A stretch of DNA of 29,254 bases from Candidatus Hydrogenedentota bacterium (GTDB lineage Bacteria; Hydrogenedentota; Hydrogenedentia; Hydrogenedentales; SLHB01): assembly GCA_029974275.1 (NCBI GenBank), contig JARKSN010000155.1, positions 1 through 29,254 of the forward strand. Reading direction: 5' to 3'. Under the pieces are notes generated by a model. It ran no database searches and was not told where the DNA came from. It worked only from the letters and a program-made list of their open reading frames with translations. A program made the translations under genes and the position numbers. The stretch's first letter is position 1, and each line of letters opens with the position of its first letter. Of this stretch, positions 10,013 to 18,955 are shown one piece after another.

Positions 10013-10041
10013 ATTATAGCAGGGCCTTTTCGGCGCTGCAA
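10013..10041 (-). promoter_or_regulatory. Sigma70-type promoter for the yebC-ruvC run
   Basis: Minus strand: TTGCAG (10041-10036), 17 bp spacer, TATAAT (10018-10013) with an extended -10 TGn (TGCTATAAT). Confidence 0.7.
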
Positions 10042-10053
10042 CCGCCGCGCGCC

Positions 10054-10316
10054 CAGGGCAATCGCATTACATGGCCGAGGGAAATGGTGCATGGGAATGG
10101 CCATCGTTAATGTCTTTGTAGCGCCCGGTCTCTGTGCCGGGCGGTTTTACGGAAAGCGATGAGACGAATCCACACCGCCCCAGATCAGTGCGCCCAGACC
10201 CGCCCGGCACGGAGACCGGGCGCTACAAAAACGAAAATCGTGCTCCAAACAGTAAAATCGGGACGTATATGGAGCCGAAAAGTCCTAATGACTCAGAATT
10301 TTATGCAATGGCCCTG
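10054..10316. mobile_element. MITE copy 2 (263 bp) with ISAs1-like terminal inverted repeats and a 10 bp target site duplication
   Basis: Left end CAGGGCAATCGCAT versus revcomp of right end CAGGGCCATTGCAT (12/14 match); direct repeat GCCGCGCGCC at 10044-10053 and 10317-10326; no transposase ORF. Confidence 0.9.
10118..10226. repeat. Inverted GTAG-REP doublet (family A) inside MITE copy 2
   Basis: GTAGCGCCCGGTCTCTGTGCCGGGCG at 10118-10143 and CGCCCGGCACGGAGACCGGGCGCTAC at 10201-10226. Confidence 0.88.
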
Positions 10317-10431
10317 GCCGCGCGCCTTGATCCGGAGCTCCGCTCCTCCGTATCCTCTGAGTCCAGACGGCGCCTTGGGCGGTTCCGGTTTTTCGGTGCG
10401 TCCGTCAGGCAACAAATGAGGGCTTGCGGCG

Positions 10432-11130
10432 ATGCATGATCCCGATGTGCGCTGGAGTATGTTGTGCGCCCTGTTCAAGGCGCATCCGTGGCATGGCGTT
10501 TCGATTGGCGGCGAGGCCCCTGATCGCCTCACCGCATACATCGAGATGGTTCCAGCGGATTCGGTGAAATACGAGCTGGACAAAGATTCGGGGCTGTTGC
10601 GCATCGATCGGCCGCAGCGGTATTCCAATGTTTGTCCGGTTTTGTATGGTTTCGTTCCCCAAACGTATTGCGGCGATGTGTTTGCGGCGCATTGCGCGGA
10701 GTTCGAGACCCGTGCGCCGTTGCACGGCGACGGCGATCCGTTGGACATATGCGTGCTTACGGAACGCACCATCAACCAGGGCGATATTCTGCTGCGCGCC
10801 ATTCCCATAGGCGGCTTGCGCATGTTGGATGGAAACGACTGCGACGACAAGATCATCGCCGTGCTGGATGGCGATCCGTCGTATGGACAGTGGAGGGACG
10901 TTGGCGATTGTCCCACGCCGTTGCTCGATCGCTTGCGGCACTATTTTCTCACCTACAAGCAGTCGCCCGATCAAAAACGGCGGGACACCGAAATCACGCG
11001 CGTGTATGGCCGGGATGAGGCCCACGATGTCATACGCCATTGCCAACAGGATTATCTCGGAGCCTTTGCCGACGTTGCCAGCGTGTTCGGGCGGCTTATC
11101 GCTTCCAAAGACCTGTTGCCGCCGGAATGA
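10432..11130 (+). CDS. ppa: Family I inorganic pyrophosphatase
   Basis: HPWH, YIEM, KYELDK, RIDR, YGFVPQT, DGDPLDI, DDKIIAV, YFLTYK. Confidence 0.93.
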   Translation: MHDPDVRWSMLCALFKAHPWHGVSIGGEAPDRLTAYIEMVPADSVKYELDKDSGLLRIDRPQRYSNVCPVLYGFVPQTYCGDVFAAHCAEFETRAPLHGDGDPLDICVLTERTINQGDILLRAIPIGGLRMLDGNDCDDKIIAVLDGDPSYGQWRDVGDCPTPLLDRLRHYFLTYKQSPDQKRRDTEITRVYGRDEAHDVIRHCQQDYLGAFADVASVFGRLIASKDLLPPE

Positions 11131-11335
11131 TCCGGCGATCTGTTGGGACCAGGCTATCCCGCGGCCATTTCGGTTCGTCCGATCTTTCTCGTCCCCTTTT
11201 CCACGCCGATGTTGCCGTCGCGTTCATCCCTTTGTCTCTGTAGCCCCCAATCGCCATGCTGGGCGCGTCCGGGCACGGTGGCCGATATTCATGCGCCATT
11301 CGCTCGGGTTTTCATGCAGCGGCCCGCTCCTCTTC

Positions 11336-11364
11336 TTGATTGAATGCGGTCAAGATGGCACAAT
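11336..11364 (+). promoter_or_regulatory. Possible sigma70 promoter for clpP
   Basis: TTGATT (11336-11341), 17 bp spacer, CACAAT (11359-11364) preceded by TGn; lies upstream of the RBS and ATG 11398. Confidence 0.4.
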
Positions 11365-11397
11365 GCGGCGGTTCCGCCAAAGAAAGCGAGGATTCGT

Positions 11398-11976
11398 ATG
11401 CAATGCCCTGAAGAGGAAAAAGAAGAAGGACGCCCGGATGCGTTCGCGTCCCGGCTGCTGAAAACACGCACCATCCTGGTGTCAGGCCAAGTGGACCAAG
11501 AACTGGCCGAACGCGTCATCGCTCAATTGCTTGTGCTCGACGCCGAATCGCAAGACCCAATCCGCGTGTTCGTCACATCGCAAGGCGGACACGTCGATTC
11601 GGGCTACGCCATCTACGACACCATGCGCTTCGTGCGCTCAAAAATCGTCTCCATCGGCGCGGGATGGGTGGCCAGCATCGCCGTTCCAATCCTCTTGGGA
11701 GCCGGAAAAGACAGCCGGTATTCACTGCCCAACACGCGCTTCCTCATCCATCAACCCAGCGGCGGCGCCGGCGGCCAACTGGCCGATCTCCGCATCGAAG
11801 CGCAGGAAATCCTCAAGATTCGCCAACGCATCAACGCGCTGATCGCCAAAGAGACAGGCCAACCGATCGAAAAAGTCGCCAAAGACAGCGATCGCAATTT
11901 CTGGATGAGCGCCGAAGACGCACTGGCATACGGCCTCATCGCCAAAATCATCGACAACGCAAAAGACATCGTCTAG
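11398..11976 (+). CDS. clpP: ClpP peptidase subunit (Ser-His-Asn variant)
   Basis: SRLLKTR, AQLLVLD, TSQGG, AIYDTM, GWVASIA (Ser), FLIHQP (His), DSDRNFWMSAEDA..YGLI; ATG 11398 follows GAGGA. Confidence 0.92.
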   Translation: MQCPEEEKEEGRPDAFASRLLKTRTILVSGQVDQELAERVIAQLLVLDAESQDPIRVFVTSQGGHVDSGYAIYDTMRFVRSKIVSIGAGWVASIAVPILLGAGKDSRYSLPNTRFLIHQPSGGAGGQLADLRIEAQEILKIRQRINALIAKETGQPIEKVAKDSDRNFWMSAEDALAYGLIAKIIDNAKDIV

Positions 11977-12061
11977 GCGGCCCCCAGACGCCGCGAATGA
12001 CCTCGCGACGCGAGATTCCAAACATCGTCGATCTCCACGCAAAAACGGGGAGCGCTCTAGA

Positions 12062-13003
12062 ATGGACAGCGACCTGGTCGTCGCATTGGCGTTGCTGATG
12101 ACTCCCGGCGCGGGAACAATGACCGTCCGGCGCGTCATGAAAGCGGCCGATGCGCTGGGAACGCGATTGAGCGCGCTGACCGAAACCCCGCCGCGACGCC
12201 TGATAGATCAAATGCCACCGGGCTTCACCCCCATAACGCGGGCCTTGGCCGCATGCAGCCCGGATCGCATCGAAAATGCGCGCCGCCTTCTCCGGCGCCT
12301 TGCAGACGCGGGCGCTCAGGCATTGCGCTACACGGACGCCGGATACCCTGCCGCGTTGAACCGTCACCTAGGCGATCAAGCGCCCCCCATCGTATGCGCC
12401 CTGGGCGATGTGAATCTGCTGGAAGCCAGAATGGCGGCAGTGGCGGGCGCGCGGAACGTCAGCCCCCAGGGAGCACGCCTTGCGACCCTATGTGCGCGCG
12501 CCCTCTGCGAACACGGCATCCCCGTCGTAAGCGGCGGCGCGCCAGGCGTCGACCAAGCCGCCCACGGCGCCTGTTTGGAACACGGCGGACGCACCATCGC
12601 CGTACTGCCGCAAGGCCTGTTAACGCACCGCGCGTCCGGCGAATGGCGCGAAGCGATCAGCGACGGACGCGCCGTCCTCATTAGCGAATTTGCGCCGGAT
12701 GCCGCATGGCTCACGCACGCAGCCGTCACCCGAAACGCTACGATCAGCGCGCTGGCCGACATGGCATGCATCATCGAACCGCGCAAAACAGGCGGCAGCA
12801 TCCGCACCGCCCGATGCACGCTGGCGCAGGGCAAACCCGTAGCCCTCTACGCTCCCGACGGACCGGACTCCCCCGCAGCGACGCTCACGACCGCCGGGGC
12901 GGTTCCCCTGCTGGATTCAGACAACCGGTTCCACGCACAACGCTTGCTGTCGCTATGGGAGCAAGGCCCCCAAAAACGCGCCGCGCAAACCGACCTGTTT
13001 TGA
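12062..13003 (+). CDS. dprA: DNA-processing protein DprA/Smf family
   Basis: YP..L, APP..LGD..LL, AVAGAR, VVSGGAPGVDQAAH, GGRTIAVL, LISEF, RNATISALA, IEP...GGS..TA...L.QGKPV. Confidence 0.85.
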   Translation: MDSDLVVALALLMTPGAGTMTVRRVMKAADALGTRLSALTETPPRRLIDQMPPGFTPITRALAACSPDRIENARRLLRRLADAGAQALRYTDAGYPAALNRHLGDQAPPIVCALGDVNLLEARMAAVAGARNVSPQGARLATLCARALCEHGIPVVSGGAPGVDQAAHGACLEHGGRTIAVLPQGLLTHRASGEWREAISDGRAVLISEFAPDAAWLTHAAVTRNATISALADMACIIEPRKTGGSIRTARCTLAQGKPVALYAPDGPDSPAATLTTAGAVPLLDSDNRFHAQRLLSLWEQGPQKRAAQTDLF

Positions 13004-13013
13004 AGACGCCGCG

Positions 13014-13580
13014 CTATTCGCCCGCGGCGTTCACAAGCGGAAACGAGGAAATCCTGCCCATCCGGCTGAAAGGAAGATACCGAAACCGCACGCGCCCGAC
13101 AATGCTGTCCAGCGAAACCGTAGGGCCACCCCCCGTTGTCTGGAGGGTCCACGAGCTGCTGTCGTCGCTTCGGTTACGGTTGTCGCCCAGCACGAAAATC
13201 CGCCCCGATTCAACGACCACCTCCGCTTTCATCGCATAAAAAGGAGGCTCCTTGAGATACGGCTCCGATGCATACCGCCCGTTGATGTACAAGGCGCCGT
13301 TGTCGACCTTGACGACGTCCCCCGCGACACCAACCACGCGCTTGACCAAATACTCCCCGCTCTGGACAGGGTCATGGAGCACAACAACGTCGCCCCGATA
13401 ATAGGCCGGCTCCCGAAGGGTAAGAATATAGTCGCCCGCTTGAAACGTCGGCTCCATGGATTCCGACGGGACAAGAAAGAACCCGATGCCGCGCACGGCC
13501 GACAGGTAGAGGATCGGTATCGCCGCGACAATGATAAACCCGTACCATATCTTTCGTGCGCGGGACAACGAAGCCGTCAT
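13014..13580 (-). CDS. lepB: Signal peptidase I
   Basis: N-terminal TM segment, VPSESMEPT (Ser), RGDVVV, LVKRVVG..GD (Lys), FVLGDNR..SDDS. Confidence 0.92.
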   Translation of the reverse strand: MTASLSRARKIWYGFIIVAAIPILYLSAVRGIGFFLVPSESMEPTFQAGDYILTLREPAYYRGDVVVLHDPVQSGEYLVKRVVGVAGDVVKVDNGALYINGRYASEPYLKEPPFYAMKAEVVVESGRIFVLGDNRNRSDDSSSWTLQTTGGGPTVSLDSIVGRVRFRYLPFSRMGRISSFPLVNAAGE

Positions 13581-13632
13581 GGTCCGCCCCTTCCGCGCGA
13601 AATCGGCCCGTTCGCACGCTTGCCCCGTCCAT

Positions 13633-14682
13633 TCATGGCGTTTCGCCGCTCCCCAGAGACGCCGCCGGATCGCCGATCCGATCCATCAACGCCTTCGCCG
13701 CGGCGCTGTCCGGCTTGAGCGCCAACGCCTGACGCAAAGCATGCCGGGCATGGTCGTTGTCGCCCAGACGAATGGCGGCGCGCGCCTCGTACATCCACGC
13801 AAGAAACTCTTCCGCGCTGGAACCGGCCAACGCGCGGGCGCGCGCCCAAGCCTCAAGGGCCAGCCTCCAGTCCGCTTCGACGCCAAACTGCTCGGCGGCA
13901 AAAAAATTCTGGGCGTAATCCCGCGCCAGCTCGAAATCATCCGGTTGGATGGCGACGGCCTTTTTCGATTCCTCCATCGCCCGGACATACACCTGCTCCA
14001 ACGTACAGCGATAATGCCGCTGCGCATGGCTGCGGTGAATCAACAACACCTGCGCGTGATTGTATAGAAAATCGGGATTGTCCGGTTCGAGCTTGAGGGC
14101 CCGATCAAAGTTCGTAAAACCCTTCGCATAGTCCCCGGCATGACAATAATGAATTCCAAGATTGTTGCGCGGAGCCGCATACCGGGAATCCGCCGCCGCC
14201 GCTTTTTCCCAAAATTGCACCCCTTCGGATTCACGGCGCAAGCGGTCATAAAGAAGCTCGCCATAATAATTCAAGGCCCTTGCGTTTTTGGGATGCCGCC
14301 GGAGCACGCGCAAATAGGCTTCCTCCACAGCGGCGATCCGGTCCCGGGCGCTGCGCGTTCGCTCGTCGGCCAATGCCGCATCGCCCGCCTGTCGCAACGC
14401 GATCGCCTGCTCCTCATCCCACGCAGCCAACGCCTGCTGCGCCCGATCAAACTCGCGCACCCGCGCCACGGCCTGGTTTCCATCCCGCAACGCCCCATCC
14501 AGCGCCGCCAAAAACGCCGCCGGCGCCTGCAACGGAGAAAGCGCGTCCTCGCTCGATGCCGCCGCCGCGCTGGCGCCGGACGATGCGGGAGGGGCGGCTC
14601 GATGGGGCTGCGCCACCGGGGCCGCCGCCCATGCCGCAACGCACCATCCCAGCGCCGCCAATAGACGGACGGTCGCAATCAT
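13633..14682 (-). CDS. Secreted tetratricopeptide-repeat protein
   Basis: Signal peptide (MIATVRLLAALGWCVAAWAAA); TPR patterns ALNYYGELLY, NNLGIHY...GDY...F.RALKLEPDN, ALALKPDS; ATG 14682 overlaps the upstream stop (ATGA). Confidence 0.8.
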   Translation of the reverse strand: MIATVRLLAALGWCVAAWAAAPVAQPHRAAPPASSGASAAAASSEDALSPLQAPAAFLAALDGALRDGNQAVARVREFDRAQQALAAWDEEQAIALRQAGDAALADERTRSARDRIAAVEEAYLRVLRRHPKNARALNYYGELLYDRLRRESEGVQFWEKAAAADSRYAAPRNNLGIHYCHAGDYAKGFTNFDRALKLEPDNPDFLYNHAQVLLIHRSHAQRHYRCTLEQVYVRAMEESKKAVAIQPDDFELARDYAQNFFAAEQFGVEADWRLALEAWARARALAGSSAEEFLAWMYEARAAIRLGDNDHARHALRQALALKPDSAAAKALMDRIGDPAASLGSGETP

Positions 14683-15650
14683 GACGCTTCCCTCTCGTAA
14701 ATGCCCGGACGCCACCATGCGTACGCATCGATGGGCTTAATCGGCGCAAACCCCAAGCGCTCGTACAATCGGCGCGCAGGATTGTCCACCGTGACGCCGA
14801 GCGCCGTCCGATCCAGCCCTTGACGACGAAACGCATCCGCCGCTTCACGCATGAGCTGCGTGCCGAGAGATTGTCCCTGGAACGCCCGCCGCACCGCAAC
14901 CTGCAAGATAAACCCAATGCCCGGCATCGGCTCGCTAGCCAGAATCACGCCCGCGCACACAGGGCCAACCCATATGCCGCGCAGGAAACCCGGAAAAACC
15001 GGTCCGTAACTCCCCCCCGCAGCCGTTTCAACAAACGTCCGCGCGGCAGCCTCGTCCCGCGCATCAAGATGAACGCGCCGATCCGCATGGCCGACATACG
15101 CATCCACCACAACCGCCGCCGCATCGCCATACTCCTCGGACGTCAACGCGCGGCCCGCTGCCGGCCCGAAAAGCGCCAGCGCAGGGAATCGCACGTCCGC
15201 CATCATGATTTGGCGCGGCGCGACCGAAAAATCCAGCCCGGCGAACGCTCCTTCCAAACGCGTCGCGCCAAACGCAACACATTCCGCCACAATAGCGTCG
15301 ACGCCACCCGCCTGAAACGTCCGCACGGATTCCCGGACAAGCCTCCCTTCCACGCCCAGACCGGCATGGTCCCGAAGAACGTGCAAAAACGTGATGCGCG
15401 CCGCCGCGTCGCGCACAAACCCAAACAACATGCCAACCGTTCGGGCGCCGTCGCACGCCCCCAACACATCCACCAGCGGATGTTCGATAGTGGCGCTCAA
15501 CGTGGGAATGGCGACGCGCCGGTAATGATCAGCGGCATCCACCCCATACAAGACCTCCAACTCGTCGGCCACTTCGGCAACGAATTCTCCGATATTCTCC
15601 GGAAGACCAGGCATGCGCTGAATGCGAAGCATCGTTCCTTTTCCCGCCAT
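14679..15650 (-). CDS. Tandem GNAT-family acetyltransferase
   Basis: Two acetyl-CoA motif A copies (HVLRDHAGLGVE, VAVRRAFQGQSLG) and motif B (NPARRLYERLGF). Confidence 0.82.
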   Translation of the reverse strand: MAGKGTMLRIQRMPGLPENIGEFVAEVADELEVLYGVDAADHYRRVAIPTLSATIEHPLVDVLGACDGARTVGMLFGFVRDAAARITFLHVLRDHAGLGVEGRLVRESVRTFQAGGVDAIVAECVAFGATRLEGAFAGLDFSVAPRQIMMADVRFPALALFGPAAGRALTSEEYGDAAAVVVDAYVGHADRRVHLDARDEAAARTFVETAAGGSYGPVFPGFLRGIWVGPVCAGVILASEPMPGIGFILQVAVRRAFQGQSLGTQLMREAADAFRRQGLDRTALGVTVDNPARRLYERLGFAPIKPIDAYAWWRPGIYEREAS

Positions 15651-15883
15651 AACGGCCCATTCGCCACAACCTTCACGATAGCCTCCACTTTTTCCTCGCC
15701 CGAAAACAAGCTTTTCCGCAATCTCCTGCCTTGTTTGACGACGTCACAAAACAAACTCCCCAAAGAACGACCCGGACGATTACTCCGTCGCCGCGTGTTG
15801 TGTTATCGTGAAGACATCGATGCTTTCCGGACGCAACCCGGCGCATTGCAGCGATGCACAGACGGAAGAAAGGGCGCCCCGCC

Positions 15884-17194
15884 ATGGAAATACTGCGCTT
15901 TATCGACCCCGCCTCGGTTTCCGACCTGAACGCGGGATGGTCCGACGGAGAACTTGCCGTATTCGACGCCATCAACCAGAAAGTGGCGGCGGCGGAGTCC
16001 ATCGAACAAATCATCGACTTCGTCTTCGATAGCACGCGCTCGATGAGTCCCTGCGACCGCATCGGCGTTGCGTTCTTCGAAGAAAACGGCCGCCGCGTCA
16101 CGTCGCATTACGCCAAGGCCCTGTATCACCCGCTGCTTCTCGCCAAAGGATACAGCGAAGACCTTCGCGGGAGCTCGCTCGAAGGCGTGCTCGACACGGG
16201 AAGGGTCCGCGTGATCAACGACCTCGACGCCTATTTCCGGCGCCGACCCTACAGCGCCTCGACAGCGCTGCTGGTCCGCGAAGGCGTGCGATCAAGCATG
16301 ACGTGCCCGCTGGCGGTGGACGATCGGCGCGTGGGCTTGCTGTTTCGCAGCGCGCGCATTCCCAACGCGTACGGCGAACGGGAAGTGCGCATGCACCTGG
16401 CCATCGCGGAACGCTTGAGTCAGGCAATCGAAAAAGCCTACCGCATCGAACAACTCGCCGCCGCAAACCGAGCCTACGGCGAAATGCTGGGATTCGTCAG
16501 CCACGAATTGAAAAGCCCATTGGCATCGATCGTGATGGACGTGGCCACCCTGACGGAAGGCTATTACGGCGAACTTGCCGAACCGCAGCGCGAAAAAGTC
16601 CAACGCGTGGCGGACAAGGCGAATTACTTGCTAAGCCTCATCCGCGATTATCTCGATCTCGCGCGAATCGAAGGCGGCGAATTGGCGCTCGACCTCTCGA
16701 ACGACGTGGATTTCATGGAGGACATAGCCTTGCCCGCGGCGGACATGCTTCGGCCGCAAATCGAGGAGCGCGGTTCCCGCCTGACGTGGCAAACGCCCGA
16801 AAACCAACGCATTCATTGCGATCCCGCCCTCCTCAAGGTCGTCATGGTCAATCTCATCGGAAATGCGGTAAAATACGGCTCCGAAAACGGCGAAGTGCGC
16901 GTGACCCTCGCGCGAACGCCGCGCGGAATCACCGTCGCCGTTTGGAACGAAGGACCGGGATTCCCCGAGAACGAACGCCCGCGCCTGTTCCGGAAATTTT
17001 CGCGCATCCCGACGCCGACGCTGGGCAAGCGCCCAGGCACCGGCGTGGGCTTGTATACCGTGTGGCGCATCGTGGAATTGCACGGCGGCGCGGTGCGGGC
17101 GGAATCGGAGGCGGGCCGGTGGGCGTCCTTCGGCTTCGAGATGCCGCAGCCCATCATGGCCGCGATCAGCAAGAAAGGCGACGCATTCGCATGA
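15884..17194 (+). CDS. Cytoplasmic GAF-domain sensor histidine kinase
   Basis: GAF (CDRIGV...GVRSSMTCPL...VGLL); H-box VSHELKSPL; N-box NLIGNAVKY; NEGPGF, LFRKF, GTGVGL; no TM segment. ATG 15884 follows AAAGGG; the ORF track starts at 15854. Confidence 0.9.
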   Translation: MEILRFIDPASVSDLNAGWSDGELAVFDAINQKVAAAESIEQIIDFVFDSTRSMSPCDRIGVAFFEENGRRVTSHYAKALYHPLLLAKGYSEDLRGSSLEGVLDTGRVRVINDLDAYFRRRPYSASTALLVREGVRSSMTCPLAVDDRRVGLLFRSARIPNAYGEREVRMHLAIAERLSQAIEKAYRIEQLAAANRAYGEMLGFVSHELKSPLASIVMDVATLTEGYYGELAEPQREKVQRVADKANYLLSLIRDYLDLARIEGGELALDLSNDVDFMEDIALPAADMLRPQIEERGSRLTWQTPENQRIHCDPALLKVVMVNLIGNAVKYGSENGEVRVTLARTPRGITVAVWNEGPGFPENERPRLFRKFSRIPTPTLGKRPGTGVGLYTVWRIVELHGGAVRAESEAGRWASFGFEMPQPIMAAISKKGDAFA

Positions 17195-18588
17195 ATACCG
17201 ACAGCGAAACCATTCCCATTCAAGAAGAACAAATCGAGGCCGTGCTGGACCGCAGCAGCCGGCTCGCCGCCGCGCATATCCGGGAAATACTCGCCAAAGC
17301 GCGGGAACTGCACGGCCTCACCATGGTCGACGTCGCGGCGCTGATGCACGTGAGCGATCCCGAACTCATGGGCGAACTGTTCGACGCGGCGCGCGCCGTC
17401 AAGGAAGAGATATACGGCAAGCGGCTGGTCTTGTTCGCGCCGCTGTACATCTCGAACCTCTGCGCCAACGAATGCGTGTACTGCGCGTTCCGGGCGCGCA
17501 ACACCGCATTGAAGCGCCGCGCGTTGACCCAAGAAGAGATCGCGCGCGAGGTGACGCTGCTCGTCGAAAGCGGCCACAAACGCATCCTGCTGGTCGCCGG
17601 CGAATCATATCCGCAAGAAGGATTCTCCTACGTCCTCAAATCCATCGAGACCATCTACTCGGTGAAAAGCGGCAACGGCGAAATTCGCCGCGTCAACGCG
17701 AACGTCGCCCCGTTGACCGTCGACGAATTCAAGCAACTCAAAGCGACGGGCATCGGCACCTACCAGCTCTTCCAGGAAACCTACCACAAACAGACCTATG
17801 CGAAATGCCATCTGGGCGGAAAAAAAGCCGACTACGGCTGGCGCGTGAGCGCGATGGACCGCGCCATGGAAGCCGGCATCGACGACGTCGGCATCGGCGT
17901 ATTGTTCGGCCTGTTCGATTGGCGCTTCGAACTCCTCGCCATGATGCAGCACATCCATCACCTCGAACAAAAATTCGGCGTGGGGCCGCACACCATCAGC
18001 GTGCCGCGCCTCGAACCGGCCATCGGCTCCGACATGGCCGAGCACCCGCCCCACGCAGTGGCCGACGTCGACTTCCGCAAACTCGTCGCCATCCTGCGCC
18101 TCGCCGTGCCCTACACCGGCATCATCATGTCCACGCGCGAAACCGCCAACATCCGCCGCGAAACCTTCGCCCTGGGCGTATCGCAAATCTCCGCGGGCAG
18201 CCGCACAAACCCCGGCGGATACGTCGAAGACGAAAAATTCGATTCGAGCCAATTCCAACTCGGCGACCACCGCACGCTCGACGAAGTCGTGCGCGACGTG
18301 GCCTCCCTCGGCTACATCCCATCGTTCTGCACGGCGTGCTACCGCATGGGACGCACCGGCGCGGACTTCATGGACCTCGCAAAACCCGGAAAAATCAAGG
18401 ACCACTGCGACGTCAACGCGGTCAGCACGTTCCTCGAATACTTGACGGACTACGCATCGCCCGAAACGCGCGCCGCCGGCGAACAACGCATCCAGGAAGC
18501 GCTTGCGGGATTCACGCCCGCGCGACGCGCCATCGCACAAAAACTGATCGACGACGTGAAGGCCGGCAAACGCGACGCGTTTGTCTGA
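17191..18588 (+). CDS. hydG: [FeFe]-hydrogenase H-cluster radical SAM maturase HydG
   Basis: LFAPLYISNLCANECVYC, LFQETY, GPHTISVPR and C-terminal CX2CX22C (CTAC...DHC); ATG 17191 overlaps the kinase stop. Confidence 0.96.
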   Translation: MNTDSETIPIQEEQIEAVLDRSSRLAAAHIREILAKARELHGLTMVDVAALMHVSDPELMGELFDAARAVKEEIYGKRLVLFAPLYISNLCANECVYCAFRARNTALKRRALTQEEIAREVTLLVESGHKRILLVAGESYPQEGFSYVLKSIETIYSVKSGNGEIRRVNANVAPLTVDEFKQLKATGIGTYQLFQETYHKQTYAKCHLGGKKADYGWRVSAMDRAMEAGIDDVGIGVLFGLFDWRFELLAMMQHIHHLEQKFGVGPHTISVPRLEPAIGSDMAEHPPHAVADVDFRKLVAILRLAVPYTGIIMSTRETANIRRETFALGVSQISAGSRTNPGGYVEDEKFDSSQFQLGDHRTLDEVVRDVASLGYIPSFCTACYRMGRTGADFMDLAKPGKIKDHCDVNAVSTFLEYLTDYASPETRAAGEQRIQEALAGFTPARRAIAQKLIDDVKAGKRDAFV

Positions 18589-18627
18589 GTTGAGACGGGT
18601 TATCGAAAACGCGAAAGGAATACAACC

Positions 18628-18897
18628 ATGGCGCACGCAGAAAAACACGTAATCATCGGCATCCATGTCATAAACCGCATCCAGCATGTTCGCGACGTGC
18701 AAGCGATCCTTACGCAATACGGATGCAGCATCCGCACCCGACTCGGCCTGCACGAAACCGACGAAAAATGCTGCTCGCCGAACGGCCTCATCCTGCTCGA
18801 AATGTACGGCGACGAGAACGAATACAAGGGCATGCTCGACGAACTCCGCGCCATCGACGGCATCGAAGCGAAAACCATGGAGTTTGCGCATTCGTAG
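18628..18897 (+). CDS. TM1266-like iron-only hydrogenase system putative regulator (ACT-like fold)
   Basis: 89 aa; IGI.V.NR....VQ.ILT.YGC.I.TRLGLH pattern; directly after hydG; AAAGGAA RBS. Confidence 0.75.
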   Translation: MAHAEKHVIIGIHVINRIQHVRDVQAILTQYGCSIRTRLGLHETDEKCCSPNGLILLEMYGDENEYKGMLDELRAIDGIEAKTMEFAHS

Positions 18898-18955
18898 AGA
18901 ACTTGGCGGATGCACGCATGTCGAATGCGAACGTTTACGGACATGGAGGCGACTC

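Noticed and set aside
9946..10104. N-terminal extension of YebC (MAIPMHHFPRPC...) shared with the start of ORF 1955..3706
   Set aside because: Both read out of the MITE; the conserved YebC start MSGHSKW, its RBS and a promoter lie downstream of the extension start.
16939..16965. Kinase G1 box reads NEGPG rather than DxGxG, suggesting a pseudokinase
   Set aside because: Asn variants occur in otherwise normal kinases, and the H, N, F and G2 boxes are intact.
16303..17190. Apparent 761 aa HydG fusion
   Set aside because: The extension is an Arg-rich off-frame read through the kinase gene; HydG starts at ATG 17191 with an RBS and a stop-start overlap.
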